From: Synechocystis sp. PCC 6803 substr. PCC-P
GTDB taxonomy: Bacteria; Cyanobacteriota; Cyanobacteriia; Cyanobacteriales; Microcystaceae
NCBI RefSeq assembly: GCF_000284455.1
Contig: NC_017039.1
Span: 2,820,001 to 2,852,000, forward strand
Length of the DNA stretch: 32,000 nucleotides
Direction of reading: 5' to 3'
This document shows, in pieces, positions 17,785-28,158 of this stretch; position 1 is the first letter of the stretch, and each line of letters opens with the position of its first letter. Under the pieces are notes generated by a model that saw nothing but the letters and a program-made list of their open reading frames with translations, ran no database searches and had not been told where the DNA came from. The translations under genes were made by a program, and so were the position numbers.

Positions 17785-20403
17785 ATGGCTGCTAACCCTG
17801 CCCTGCCCCCCCAAAACATTGAAGCTGAAGAGTGCATCCTGGGGGGGATTCTCCTCGATCCAGAGGCCATGGGGCGCATCATTGACCTCCTGGTAGTAGA
17901 CGCTTTTTACGTCAAGGCCCATCGTTTGATCTATGAGGCCATGCTTAGTCTCCATGGCCAAAGTCAGCCCACGGATTTGATGTCTGTCAGCAGTTGGCTC
18001 CAAGATCACCATCATTTCGAGGCGATCGGGGGCATGGTGAAATTAACTCAATTATTAGATCGCACCATTTCAGCGGTGAACATTGACCGTTTTGCCGCCC
18101 TAATCATGGATAAATATTTGCGTCGCCAATTAATTGCAGCGGGGCATGACATCGTTGATTTGGGTTACGAAACTAGCAAAGAATTAGAAACAATTTTCGA
18201 TGAATCGGAACAAAAAATATTTCGCCTCACCCAATCTCGTCCCCAAGCAGGGCTAGTACCGTTATCAGAAACCTTAGTTAATACTTTCATTGAATTAGAT
18301 AAATTACACGAAAAACTTTCCAGTCCAGGGGTAGAAACCCAATTCTATGATCTTGATGCAATGACAGGGGGATTACAGCGGGCAGATTTAATTATTTTGG
18401 CCGGCAGGCCGTCGATGGGAAAAACGGCATTCGGTTTAGGAATTGCCGCTAACATCGCTAAAAACCAGAATTTGCCTGTGGCTATTTTTAGCTTAGAAAT
18501 GTCCAAGGAACAGTTGGCATTAAGACTAGTGGCTAGTGAATCCTTAATTGATAGTAACCGTTTACGGACAGGGCACTTTAGCCAAGCAGAATTTGAACCT
18601 TTAACGGCGGCCATGGGCACCCTTTCCAGTTTACCTATCTACATTGACGATACGGCAAGTATTTCCGTAACCCAAATGCGTTCCCAGGTGCGTCGCCTCC
18701 AAAGTGAACAAAAAGGTCCATTGGGTATGGTTCTAATTGATTATTTGCAACTGATGGAAGGAGGCAGTGATAATCGGGTACAGGAATTATCAAAAATTAC
18801 CCGTTCTCTCAAAGGTTTAGCCAGGGAAATTAACGCGCCAGTAATTGCTTTATCTCAGTTAAGTCGAGCGGTGGAATCTAGAACTAACAAACGGCCAATG
18901 ATGTCAGATTTAAGAGAGAGTGGCTGCATCAGTGGAGATAGTTTGATCAGCTTGGCGAGCACAGGAAAAAGAGTTTCTATTAAAGATTTGTTAGATGAAA
19001 AAGATTTTGAAATATGGGCAATTAATGAACAGACGATGAAGCTAGAATCAGCTAAAGTTAGTCGTGTATTTTGTACTGGCAAAAAGCTAGTTTATATTTT
19101 AAAAACTCGACTAGGTAGAACTATCAAGGCAACAGCAAATCATAGATTTTTAACTATTGATGGTTGGAAAAGATTAGATGAGCTATCTTTAAAAGAGCAT
19201 ATTGCTCTACCCCGTAAACTAGAAAGCTCCTCTTTACAATTAATGAGTGATGAGGAACTAGGATTACTAGGGCATCTAATTGGTGATGGCTGTACTTTAC
19301 CTCGCCATGCTATTCAATATACAAGCAATAAAATAGAATTAGCTGAAAAGGTAGTCGAATTAGCAAAAGCAGTTTTTGGCGACCAAATTAATCCTCGTAT
19401 CAGCCAAGAAAGGCAATGGTACCAAGTTTATATCCCTGCTAGTTATCGGCTAACCCATAACAAAAAAAATCCGATTACAAAATGGCTAGAGAATTTAGAC
19501 GTATTCGGACTGCGTTCCTACGAAAAATTTGTTCCTAATCAAGTTTTTGAACAACCACAGAGGGCGATCGCCATTTTTCTAAGACATTTATGGAGTACAG
19601 ATGGTTGCGTCAAATTAATAGTAGAAAAATCATCTAGACCGGTAGCTTATTACGCAACTAGTAGCGAGAAGTTAGCAAAGGATGTACAGTCGTTACTCTT
19701 GAAATTAGGCATTAACGCACGTCTATCAAAAATAAGTCAGAATGGCAAAGGCAGGGATAACTATCATGTAACCATTACAGGGCAAGCTGATTTACAAATC
19801 TTTGTTGATCAAATTGGCGCTGTTGACAAAGACAAACAGGCAAGTGTTGAGGAAATTAAAACCCATATCGCTCAACATCAAGCAAACACTAACAGGGATG
19901 TCATTCCAAAACAAATTTGGAAGACCTATGTGTTGCCACAAATTCAAATAAAAGGGATAACTACTCGCGACTTGCAAATGAGACTTGGTAATGCCTACTG
20001 TGGGACAGCTCTTTATAAACATAATTTGAGTAGGGAAAGAGCAGCAAAAATAGCCACTATTACCCAATCACCAGAAATAGAAAAGTTGTCTCAGAGTGAT
20101 ATTTACTGGGACTCCATCGTTTCTATTACGGAGACTGGAGTCGAAGAGGTTTTTGATTTGACTGTGCCAGGACCACATAACTTTGTCGCCAATGACATCA
20201 TTGTCCATAACAGTATCGAACAAGACGCAGATTTAATTATGATGATTTATCGAGATGAATATTATAATCCCGACACGCCGGACCCAGGGGTAGCAGAATT
20301 GCTAATTGTTAAACATAGAAATGGACCCACTGGCGTAGTTAAATTGTTATTTAAACCGGAATTTACCCAATTTTTAAATTTGCAACGAAGTAATGATTAC
20401 TAG
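17785..20403 (+). CDS. dnaB: Replicative DNA helicase DnaB, interrupted in-frame by a 429-aa intein
   Basis: It has the DnaB N-terminal domain (PPQNIEAEECILGGILLDPEA), Walker A (AGRPSMGKTAF) and the conserved LSQLSR and DLIMMIYRDEYY motifs. 872 aa from the ATG at 17785. Confidence 0.95.
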   Translation: MAANPALPPQNIEAEECILGGILLDPEAMGRIIDLLVVDAFYVKAHRLIYEAMLSLHGQSQPTDLMSVSSWLQDHHHFEAIGGMVKLTQLLDRTISAVNIDRFAALIMDKYLRRQLIAAGHDIVDLGYETSKELETIFDESEQKIFRLTQSRPQAGLVPLSETLVNTFIELDKLHEKLSSPGVETQFYDLDAMTGGLQRADLIILAGRPSMGKTAFGLGIAANIAKNQNLPVAIFSLEMSKEQLALRLVASESLIDSNRLRTGHFSQAEFEPLTAAMGTLSSLPIYIDDTASISVTQMRSQVRRLQSEQKGPLGMVLIDYLQLMEGGSDNRVQELSKITRSLKGLAREINAPVIALSQLSRAVESRTNKRPMMSDLRESGCISGDSLISLASTGKRVSIKDLLDEKDFEIWAINEQTMKLESAKVSRVFCTGKKLVYILKTRLGRTIKATANHRFLTIDGWKRLDELSLKEHIALPRKLESSSLQLMSDEELGLLGHLIGDGCTLPRHAIQYTSNKIELAEKVVELAKAVFGDQINPRISQERQWYQVYIPASYRLTHNKKNPITKWLENLDVFGLRSYEKFVPNQVFEQPQRAIAIFLRHLWSTDGCVKLIVEKSSRPVAYYATSSEKLAKDVQSLLLKLGINARLSKISQNGKGRDNYHVTITGQADLQIFVDQIGAVDKDKQASVEEIKTHIAQHQANTNRDVIPKQIWKTYVLPQIQIKGITTRDLQMRLGNAYCGTALYKHNLSRERAAKIATITQSPEIEKLSQSDIYWDSIVSITETGVEEVFDLTVPGPHNFVANDIIVHNSIEQDADLIMMIYRDEYYNPDTPDPGVAELLIVKHRNGPTGVVKLLFKPEFTQFLNLQRSNDY
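18925..20211 (+). mobile_element. DnaB intein (Ssp DnaB-type) with a LAGLIDADG homing-endonuclease domain
   Basis: The element begins with Cys (CISGDSLISL) after RESG and ends in IVHN, followed by Ser (SIEQDADL). It is 1287 nt (429 aa). LAGLIDADG-like blocks are LLGHLIGDGC and FLRHLWSTDGC. Confidence 0.92.
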
Positions 20404-20599
20404 ATTGAGTAAAGAAAGTTTTACCCACAAAGTTTCTGGTAAATTGATTGCCAAAAGCTTTTCCCTGCTTTTTATCCATCAATGGTGAACCAATGGGATT
20501 CGCAAATACACAGTCACCTTGGGCACATCGGGTGAGGTACAGTAAAAGCTGTTAATTTGTTATCCAAATCCCCCTAGCCTGCGGCGCTATGCTTCCCCT

Positions 20600-21511
20600 A
20601 TGCGAGAACAGATTTCTGTCCTTACCCAAAATCTTAGTCAAACCATTGTGGGCAAGGATGAGGCTATTCGTTTGGTGTTGGTGGCCCTGTTGAGTGGGGG
20701 CCATGCTTTGCTGGAAGATGTGCCCGGTGTGGGCAAAACCCTCTTAGCTAAGTCCCTGGCCCGTTCCATTAACGGCAAGTTTCAGCGGGTGCAGTGTACC
20801 CCCGATTTATTACCAACAGATATTACCGGCACTAACATTTGGAACCCCAGTAGTCGTGAGTTTGAGTTTTTGCCCGGCCCGGCGTTTGCCAATATTCTCT
20901 TAGCCGATGAAATTAACCGGGCTACCCCCCGCACCCAGGCTGCTTTGTTGGAGGTGATGGAAGAAAAACAGGTCACAGTGGACGGTGAAACCCGTTTGGT
21001 GCCCCATCCGTTTTTTGTCATTGCTACCCAAAATCCCATTGAGTACCAGGGCACTTTTCCCTTGCCAGAGGCCCAGTTAGATCGTTTTGCCCTTTCCCTC
21101 AGTTTGGGTTATCCGTCGGAAGCAGAAGAACTGAAAATGCTCCAGCGGCAACAAAATCCAGAGGCGATCGCCGTGGGAGATTTAGAGTCTTGCATTTCCT
21201 TGGAAGAAGTGGAGGCATTACAAAAAGCGGTGCGGCAGGTAAAACTAACGGAGGATTTGCAACAGTATCTCCTACGCTTAGTGCGGGCCTCCCGGACTGA
21301 TGAGGACGTTACTTTGGGGGTTAGTCCCCGGGGCACAACAGCTCTACAACGGGCAACCCAAGCCTTTGCCTTTTTGGAAGAACGGGATTATGCCATTGAC
21401 GACGATGTGAAATTTGTTGCTCCCCATGTGTTAGCCCACCGCTTAATTCCTGCGAGCGGCAAAGATCCCAAGGCAATTTTGCAAAGACTTTTGGACAGCG
21501 TACCCATTTAA
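20600..21511 (+). CDS. MoxR-family AAA+ ATPase
   Basis: Walker A is DVPGVGKT and Walker B is LLADEINR. Also present are FFVIATQNP, the sensor motif PEAQLDRF and a C-terminal lid (SPRGT). Confidence 0.85.
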   Translation: MREQISVLTQNLSQTIVGKDEAIRLVLVALLSGGHALLEDVPGVGKTLLAKSLARSINGKFQRVQCTPDLLPTDITGTNIWNPSSREFEFLPGPAFANILLADEINRATPRTQAALLEVMEEKQVTVDGETRLVPHPFFVIATQNPIEYQGTFPLPEAQLDRFALSLSLGYPSEAEELKMLQRQQNPEAIAVGDLESCISLEEVEALQKAVRQVKLTEDLQQYLLRLVRASRTDEDVTLGVSPRGTTALQRATQAFAFLEERDYAIDDDVKFVAPHVLAHRLIPASGKDPKAILQRLLDSVPI

Positions 21512-21541
21512 TTTATTTAACCAAATCGTTCTTTCTTTCCC

Positions 21542-22570
21542 ATGGCAAAAACTCCCATTTTGGTCACCGGTGGGGCCGGTTTTATCGGTGCCAACTTTGT
21601 TTACCATTGCGTTCAAACCTGCGGCGATCGCCGTATTGTTGTCCTCGATGCCCTCACCTATGCTGGGAACCGAGCCACTTTAGCACCATTGGAAAAACTG
21701 CCCAATTTTCGCTTTGTCCAGGGAGATATTGGCGATCGCCATTTGGTGGATCAACTATTGAGGGAAGAGCAGATTGAGACCATAGCCCATTTTGCGGCGG
21801 AATCCCATGTGGACCGTTCCATCCTTGGCCCTGGAGCCTTTGTACAAACCAATGTGGTGGGTACTTTCACCCTGTTGGAAGCTTTTCGAGAACATTGGCA
21901 AAGGCGGGGAAACCCAGCCCAATTTCGCTTTCTCCACGTTTCCACCGATGAAGTTTACGGCAGTTTAACCCCCAATGAACCGGGTTTTTCGGAAACCACC
22001 CCCTATTCCCCCAACAGTCCCTATTCCGCTTCCAAGGCCGGCAGTGATCATTTGGTGCGGGCCTATTTTCACACCTACGGCTTGCCCACTTTAATTACTA
22101 ATTGTTCCAACAATTATGGCCCCTACCAATTTCCCGAAAAGTTAATTCCCCTCATGTGCCTCAACATTCTGCGTGGGGAAAAGTTGCCGGTGTATGGTGA
22201 CGGTCAAAATGTGCGGGATTGGCTTTATGTCACAGACCACTGCCAAGCTCTGGACTTAGTTTTGCACCAAGCCTTGCCAGGGGCAACCTACAACATTGGC
22301 GGCAACAATGAAGTTAAAAATATTGAATTGGTAGAAATTTTATGCGACTTGATGGACGAATTAGCTCCTGATTTACCAGTTAAGCCGGCACGACAACTGA
22401 TTAGCTATGTGACCGATCGCCCTGGGCATGATCGCCGCTACGCCATTGATGCCAGCAAGATTAAACGGGAGTTGGGCTGGGAACCAAAAGTAACAGTGGA
22501 ACGGGGCTTAAGACAAACAGTGCAATGGTATTTAGACCATGAAGCCTGGTGGAGGCCCCTGTTGGGTTAG
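21542..22570 (+). CDS. rfbB: dTDP-glucose 4,6-dehydratase
   Basis: It has [28 protein letters not shown], the [10 protein letters not shown] (YxxxK) motif and [12 protein letters not shown]. These are canonical RmlB motifs. Confidence 0.9.
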   Translation: MAKTPILVTGGAGFIGANFVYHCVQTCGDRRIVVLDALTYAGNRATLAPLEKLPNFRFVQGDIGDRHLVDQLLREEQIETIAHFAAESHVDRSILGPGAFVQTNVVGTFTLLEAFREHWQRRGNPAQFRFLHVSTDEVYGSLTPNEPGFSETTPYSPNSPYSASKAGSDHLVRAYFHTYGLPTLITNCSNNYGPYQFPEKLIPLMCLNILRGEKLPVYGDGQNVRDWLYVTDHCQALDLVLHQALPGATYNIGGNNEVKNIELVEILCDLMDELAPDLPVKPARQLISYVTDRPGHDRRYAIDASKIKRELGWEPKVTVERGLRQTVQWYLDHEAWWRPLLG

Positions 22571-22636
22571 TGAATATCAACCAAAGGCGATCGCCTAGTC
22601 CATTGGGTAACAGGGATTGCAGAGATTGACAAAATC

Positions 22637-22900
22637 CTATTGCTGGGGTGGATTTTCCCGCTCCATCTCAATGCGGAGGGGAGCATCAGGTTTTTCCGTT
22701 AATCCCAAGCTATTGAGAACCTGCACCACGCCAAAGGCCACCACTACCCCCAGCACCAGTCCTCCCACCACCAAAATGACAAACCAGTTGCGGGCTTTTT
22801 TCAGAGCCTCTTCCCGACGAGCTCCCGTGATGTCGTCGTATTCGTCAAAATTAGAGTTACCTTGATCGGAGCCACCACCATTGGGGGAAGGGAAAACCAT
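22637..22900 (-). CDS. Hypothetical small single-pass membrane protein (87 aa)
   Basis: An acidic N-terminus is followed by one strong TM helix (WFVILVVGGLVLGVVVAFGVV). The gene lies 107 nt downstream of, and co-oriented with, the EF-G-like gene. Confidence 0.45.
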   Translation of the reverse strand: MVFPSPNGGGSDQGNSNFDEYDDITGARREEALKKARNWFVILVVGGLVLGVVVAFGVVQVLNSLGLTEKPDAPLRIEMERENPPQQ

Positions 22901-23007
22901 AAAATTTTAGGGCGATCGCCAAAATAGCCCCTTAAGGTTATCCTGATTTTCCGCCTTGGCAAAGGCCAAAATTACCTAATCCCCCAAGCATCTCTTAAGG
23001 AAGACAA

Positions 23008-25017
23008 TCAATCTGGACGTAAATTAGGCGCAAACTTATCCGGCACTTCCTGGAGATGGTCAGATTGCCAAGTAAAATTCCCCACCCCCAAGGTCAAAGA
23101 ACGCAGTTCAATAATGAAGTTCTGCATTTCTGCTTGGGGTAAATGGGCAGCCACCTGGTCCCAACTTTTCCAGTCGGAACGGGCTTCGTAACCAAGAATT
23201 TGGCCCCGATGGCCGCTTACTAGTTGCAACACCCGAGAGGTAAATTCCGTTGGGGTGGTGACGTTAACGCTCAAAATTGGCTCCAACAACACCGGATTAC
23301 ATTGGGGCATTCCTTCCGTCATGGCTAGGCGGGCGGCCTGTTTAAAAGCCTGTTCAGAACTGTCAACATTATGGTAGGAACCGTCAGTTAAAGTAACGGC
23401 GATATCCACCACAGGGTAGCCAAGGGGGCCTTTAGCTAAATATTCTCGTACCCCCATTTCCACCCCAGGAATATATTGTTTGGGCACCACTCCCCCCACA
23501 ATGGTTTCACTGAAGCTAAAGCCGTTACCCCGTTCCAGGGGTTTAATGGTAAGGTACACATCGCCAAATGCGCCATGGCCACCGGTTTGATGTTTGTAGC
23601 GGCCGTGAACTTCTGTGCCTTTACGAATGGTTTCTTTATAGGGAACTTGGGGTTGTTGGCTGACCATGGGCAGTTTATATTGCCTTTCCAATCTTTCCAG
23701 TGCCACTTTGAGATGAATCTCCCCTTGGCCCCAAAGGATTACTTCTTGGGTTTCGGTATTTTGCTCCCAAGTTAGGGAAGGGTCCTCCTCCACTAATTTT
23801 CCCAGGGCAGTGCTGAGTTTGACTTCATCTTTCCTCTGTTCCGGGGCGATCGCCAGACCATAGACCGGGGGCAAAGGCTCAACAAAGGGCAGGGGTTTGA
23901 CATCAGCAGTAGAAAGGGTAGTCCCGGTGTTGATATTTTCTAACCGAGCTAGACCCACAATTTCCCCCACCGTGGCGGTTTGTACCGGTGTTTGCTGATT
24001 ACCAAAAAGACGATAAATGCCCCCCAGCCTTTGACCATTTAGGGAGTCAGCTTCCCGTAAAGTTCCCTGCCAAATGCGAGCCAGGGATAATCGACCCTGG
24101 GGAGTGAAATAGGTTTTTAATACCTGGGCAATGACGGGGCCGGAACCATCGGTGCTCAAACTCCGGCGGGCCGCCGTCACACTGGGGTCCGGTGCTTCCT
24201 TAATCAACACATCCAGCAATGGTCGGACACCGAAATCCTGCTCCGCCGCCCCCAGCACCACCGGCACAATTAAATCTGCCCCCAATTCCTGTTTGAAATC
24301 CGCTTCGATTTCCGCCTGGGGCGGTTCCACTTCCTCCAACAATTCCTCCAACAGGCGATCGTCAAAGTCCGCCAACGCCTCCAACATTTCCTGGCGGGCC
24401 TGGTGTTCAGCCCCGGCTAATTCCGCTGGCAACGCAATGGGATCGGCGGCACTGCCAGTGTGGTATTGATAGGCTTGCTCCGTAATGAGGTCAATATAGC
24501 CCTGTAACTCCTCCCCTTTGTAAATGGGATACTGCTGGGGAATTAGGGGCCGGGAAGAAACACTTTTCAGGGCCTGTAAAACTTCCCCAAAGGGTTGTTT
24601 AGCCCGGTCCATTTTATTGATAAACACCAGATGGGGAATGGCCCAATCATCCAAAAATTTAAACAAAGGGGCGAGGGTCAAAACCCGACTCACATCCGCC
24701 TCACAAACGATGACCGCAGTACCGGCGCCGACCAACGCTCCATAGGTTTCCTGGGCAAACTCGATGGAACCTGGACAATCGAGGAAATTTAAGCGCAAAT
24801 TTTCATAATCAATCCCTGCCACACTCACTTCCACACTCATTTGGCGGGCCTTGGCCTCAGGGCTGCTATCGCTCACTGTGTTGCCGTCTTTGATATTCCC
24901 CTTACGGCTGACACTGCCACTAACCCACAAAACACTTTCAAGCAGGGTGGTTTTACCACTGCCATAGGGGCCAACAATGGCCACGTTGCGGAGGGATTCA
25001 TTGGTGGGGTTGTTCAT
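23008..25017 (-). CDS. Elongation factor G paralog (EF-G-like, divergent G domain)
   Basis: The five-domain EF-G layout is present, with G1 GPYGSGKT, G3 DCPG and G4 NKMD. Domain IV/V motifs are also present (HGRYKHQTGGHGAFGDV, DGSYHNVDSS). Confidence 0.85.
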   Translation of the reverse strand: MNNPTNESLRNVAIVGPYGSGKTTLLESVLWVSGSVSRKGNIKDGNTVSDSSPEAKARQMSVEVSVAGIDYENLRLNFLDCPGSIEFAQETYGALVGAGTAVIVCEADVSRVLTLAPLFKFLDDWAIPHLVFINKMDRAKQPFGEVLQALKSVSSRPLIPQQYPIYKGEELQGYIDLITEQAYQYHTGSAADPIALPAELAGAEHQARQEMLEALADFDDRLLEELLEEVEPPQAEIEADFKQELGADLIVPVVLGAAEQDFGVRPLLDVLIKEAPDPSVTAARRSLSTDGSGPVIAQVLKTYFTPQGRLSLARIWQGTLREADSLNGQRLGGIYRLFGNQQTPVQTATVGEIVGLARLENINTGTTLSTADVKPLPFVEPLPPVYGLAIAPEQRKDEVKLSTALGKLVEEDPSLTWEQNTETQEVILWGQGEIHLKVALERLERQYKLPMVSQQPQVPYKETIRKGTEVHGRYKHQTGGHGAFGDVYLTIKPLERGNGFSFSETIVGGVVPKQYIPGVEMGVREYLAKGPLGYPVVDIAVTLTDGSYHNVDSSEQAFKQAARLAMTEGMPQCNPVLLEPILSVNVTTPTEFTSRVLQLVSGHRGQILGYEARSDWKSWDQVAAHLPQAEMQNFIIELRSLTLGVGNFTWQSDHLQEVPDKFAPNLRPD

Positions 25018-25150
25018 AAAAAAATACCTGAAAGGCTCTTATTGCTGAGCCTAACCCAGAATTCCCGGCCTCAAACCTCTCCGCAATCTCTTGTAAAATT
25101 CGGGCAGGAGATTGTTAACTCTGGTTAAGTTTCAGTGGGTAAAAAACGAC

Positions 25151-26176
25151 ATGGATTATCGGCAAGCGGGCGTAGATGTGGAAGCAGGCAGGGAATTTGT
25201 CAGCCGCATTCGGCAACAGGTGGAAAGTACCTTTCGCCCAGAGGTTATGGGGGGCATTGGCGGTTTTGCCGGGCTGTTTGAGATTCCCGCTGGCTATAAA
25301 GCACCGGTGTTGGTTTCCGGCACAGACGGGGTGGGTACAAAACTGAAGATTGCCCAGGCCATGGACCAACACCACACCATTGGCATTGATTTGGTGGCTA
25401 TGTGTGTAAATGATATTTTGACCACCGGAGCAGAACCCCTATATTTTCTCGATTATTTAGCCACGGGCAAGTTGGAACCGGCCCAATTGGCCGATGTGGT
25501 CACCGGCATTGTGGAAGGCTGTAAACAATCTGGCTGTGCTTTGTTGGGGGGGGAAACAGCGGAAATGCCTGGTTTTTACGGGGCAGGAGAATATGATGCG
25601 GCGGGCTTTGCGGTGGGCATTGTGGAAAAGTCCCAATTACTCAACGGCTCCCAGGTAAACATTGGCGATGTGGCGATCGCCGTGGAGAGTTCGGGGGTCC
25701 ACAGTAATGGTTTTAGTCTGGTGCGGAAAATCATTGAAAGCAATGGCTGGCAATGGTCTGATTGTTTACCAGAGTGGGGAGGCCAGTCCTTAGGAGAAAT
25801 CTTTTTAGAACCCACCAGGATCTACGTCAAACCTATCCAGGCGTTATTGAAGTCAGGCATTAACATCCACGGCATGGCCCACATTACCGGCGGCGGATTG
25901 CCAGAAAATCTCCCCCGCTGTTTGGGGCAGGGGCAATCCATCCAAGTCAAAGCTGGAAGTTGGCAACCCTTACCCGTATTTAACTGGTTAGCTGACAAAG
26001 GCCAAGTCAACTCCACTGCCATGCTGGAAACCTTTAATTTGGGGGTAGGTTTTGTGGTGCTTGTCTCTCCGGAGCAGAGGCAGACAACCCTAGATTTTTT
26101 CTCCGGGCAGGGGCTGGTGGCTAATCAGATTGGGACAGTAATCGAAGGCGATGGCGCTTTTGTTTGGCTAGATTAG
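25151..26176 (+). CDS. purM: Phosphoribosylformylglycinamidine cyclo-ligase (AIR synthetase)
   Basis: It has [44 protein letters not shown] and HITGGG motifs. The ATG at 25151 is preferred over the TTG at 25112. Confidence 0.9.
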   Translation: MDYRQAGVDVEAGREFVSRIRQQVESTFRPEVMGGIGGFAGLFEIPAGYKAPVLVSGTDGVGTKLKIAQAMDQHHTIGIDLVAMCVNDILTTGAEPLYFLDYLATGKLEPAQLADVVTGIVEGCKQSGCALLGGETAEMPGFYGAGEYDAAGFAVGIVEKSQLLNGSQVNIGDVAIAVESSGVHSNGFSLVRKIIESNGWQWSDCLPEWGGQSLGEIFLEPTRIYVKPIQALLKSGINIHGMAHITGGGLPENLPRCLGQGQSIQVKAGSWQPLPVFNWLADKGQVNSTAMLETFNLGVGFVVLVSPEQRQTTLDFFSGQGLVANQIGTVIEGDGAFVWLD

Positions 26177-26811
26177 TTAACAGTCTTATTTGCTCTGGCC
26201 TGGATTACCTGTAAACTGCCCCCCGCATAGAGATGCTTACGAACAACTGTGAAACCAGCTTGGTCCAGTAATGACCCTAAATCGGTGTTAATTAACTGCC
26301 AGGCGGTTTCCGTTTCAAACAGGCCCATAAAAATTGCCAAGGGCGGCCAAAATAGCCAATTACTGGGGCGATGTAAATCCACTAAGGCAAAAATTCCTCC
26401 TGGTTTGAGCACACGGTGTACGCCGCTGATAATGCTCTGTAGTTGTGCCGGAGTCATTTCGTGCAGGGCGACGCTGGTGTGCACTAGGTCGAATTCCCCT
26501 TCCCCAAAGGGTAAATCCTCGGCCAAACCCTGAACATAGGTCGCCTGGGGTACATTAATTTTCGCCCTGCCCAGGGCCTTGGGGGAAGCATCCAGCCCCA
26601 CCACCGTGGCTCCAGATTGAGCTAGGTAAACAGTGGCTTGGCCACCCCCGCAACACAAATCCAGCACCTTCTGTCCCGGTGAAATTGCTAAATTCTCCAA
26701 TGGCAATTGATGGAAACGCTCTTCTCCCCCCACATTCAAAGTCGCTAGGCGGGAAACTAGGGCGTAAACCCACGGATACTGATAACTCCAAGTGCGGAAA
26801 ATAGTTGCCAT
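26173..26811 (-). CDS. Class I SAM-dependent methyltransferase (UbiE/Methyltransf_11-like)
   Basis: SAM-binding motif I is VLDLCCGGG, followed by the acidic motif VVGLDAS and motif [13 protein letters not shown]. Confidence 0.7.
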   Translation of the reverse strand: MATIFRTWSYQYPWVYALVSRLATLNVGGEERFHQLPLENLAISPGQKVLDLCCGGGQATVYLAQSGATVVGLDASPKALGRAKINVPQATYVQGLAEDLPFGEGEFDLVHTSVALHEMTPAQLQSIISGVHRVLKPGGIFALVDLHRPSNWLFWPPLAIFMGLFETETAWQLINTDLGSLLDQAGFTVVRKHLYAGGSLQVIQARANKTVN

Positions 26812-26923
26812 AACCTAGAAAGAAATTGGGACGCCGTTTGTAGGTTGGGATTCTTTCCTTTTCGCCATCTATTGTTACACTTGGTAAAGAAACTGAAAAA
26901 TCATTCTACTAAGCTTAACAATT

Positions 26924-28087
26924 ATGGGTCGTGTTGGGGTCTTACTGCTAAATCTTGGCGGACCGGAGAAGTTAGAGGATGTACGCCCCTTCCTTTTTAA
27001 CCTGTTTGCGGATCCGGAAATCATTCGTCTCCCTTTTCCTTGGTTGCAAAAACCCCTGGCATGGCTGATTTCTACCCTACGGGCGAAAAAATCCCAGGCC
27101 AACTACGCCGAAATCGGTGGTGGTTCCCCCCTGTTGCAGATTACCGAAGCCCAAGCCTCCGCCCTCACGACCCGTCTGGAACGCCTTGGCCAGGATGCAA
27201 AAGTGTACATTGGCATGCGCTACTGGCACCCCTTTACGGAGGAAGCCGTCGAAAAAATTAAAGGCGATCGCCTGCAACGGCTGGTGATTTTGCCTCTATA
27301 TCCCCATTTTTCCATTAGCACTAGCGGCTCCAGTTTCCGGGTGTTGGAGGAAATGTGGCATAACGACCCCAGTTTGCGGCAATTGGACTATAGCCTGATC
27401 CCCTCTTGGTACGACCATCCGGGCTATCTCCAGGCCATGGCGGATTTGATTGCTCAAGAATTAAAGAAATTCCCCAATCCAGACCAAGCCCATATTTTCT
27501 TCAGTGCCCACGGTGTGCCCCAAAGCTATGTGGATGAAGCGGGAGACCCCTACCAGGCAGAAATTGAAGCCTGTACCCGTTTGATAATGCGGACTCTCGA
27601 TCGTCCGAACCAATACACGTTGGCCTACCAAAGTCGGGTGGGGCCAGTGGAATGGCTCAAGCCCTACACGGAAGAAGCTCTGCAAAAACTGGGGGCGGAG
27701 GGCATTGACGATCTATTGGTGGTGCCCATTAGCTTTGTGTCAGAACATATTGAAACCCTCCAGGAAATTGACATCGAGTATCGGGAAATTGCCGAAGAAG
27801 CCGGCATTGATAATTTTCAGCGGGTACCGGCCCTAAACACCCATCCAGTTTTCATCGACGCCTTGGCCCAGATGGTGATGGATTCCCTCAACGATCCTCC
27901 CTGCACCTTTGAAACGGTGCCCCATCCCAAAAAGAACATGAAAATGTATCCCCAGGAAAGATGGGAATGGGGTTTGACTACGGCGGCGGAAGTATGGAAT
28001 GGTCGCCTCGCCATGTTGGGTTTCATTGCCCTGTTGGTGGAGTTGATCAGCGGCCAGGGCCCGTTGCATTTTGTCGGCTTGCTTTAG
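26924..28087 (+). CDS. hemH: Ferrochelatase with a C-terminal CAB (chlorophyll a/b-binding, Hli-like) helix
   Basis: The ferrochelatase core is present ([34 protein letters not shown]). The C-terminal segment has the motif [12 protein letters not shown] (nt 27956-28087). Confidence 0.92.
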   Translation: MGRVGVLLLNLGGPEKLEDVRPFLFNLFADPEIIRLPFPWLQKPLAWLISTLRAKKSQANYAEIGGGSPLLQITEAQASALTTRLERLGQDAKVYIGMRYWHPFTEEAVEKIKGDRLQRLVILPLYPHFSISTSGSSFRVLEEMWHNDPSLRQLDYSLIPSWYDHPGYLQAMADLIAQELKKFPNPDQAHIFFSAHGVPQSYVDEAGDPYQAEIEACTRLIMRTLDRPNQYTLAYQSRVGPVEWLKPYTEEALQKLGAEGIDDLLVVPISFVSEHIETLQEIDIEYREIAEEAGIDNFQRVPALNTHPVFIDALAQMVMDSLNDPPCTFETVPHPKKNMKMYPQERWEWGLTTAAEVWNGRLAMLGFIALLVELISGQGPLHFVGLL

Positions 28088-28109
28088 AAAACTTTTGAAA
28101 GTCCCCAAA

Positions 28110-28125
28110 CCCCCAATGATGGGGG
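28110..28125. terminator. Small GC hairpin between the convergent hemH and amidase genes (possible bidirectional terminator)
   Basis: CCCCCA-ATGA-TGGGGG forms a 6-bp stem and 4-nt loop. It sits in the 71-nt convergent gap. There is no clear U-tract. Confidence 0.25.
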
Positions 28126-28158
28126 AATTAGATTATTGCAACCGATCTTGACACTGCG

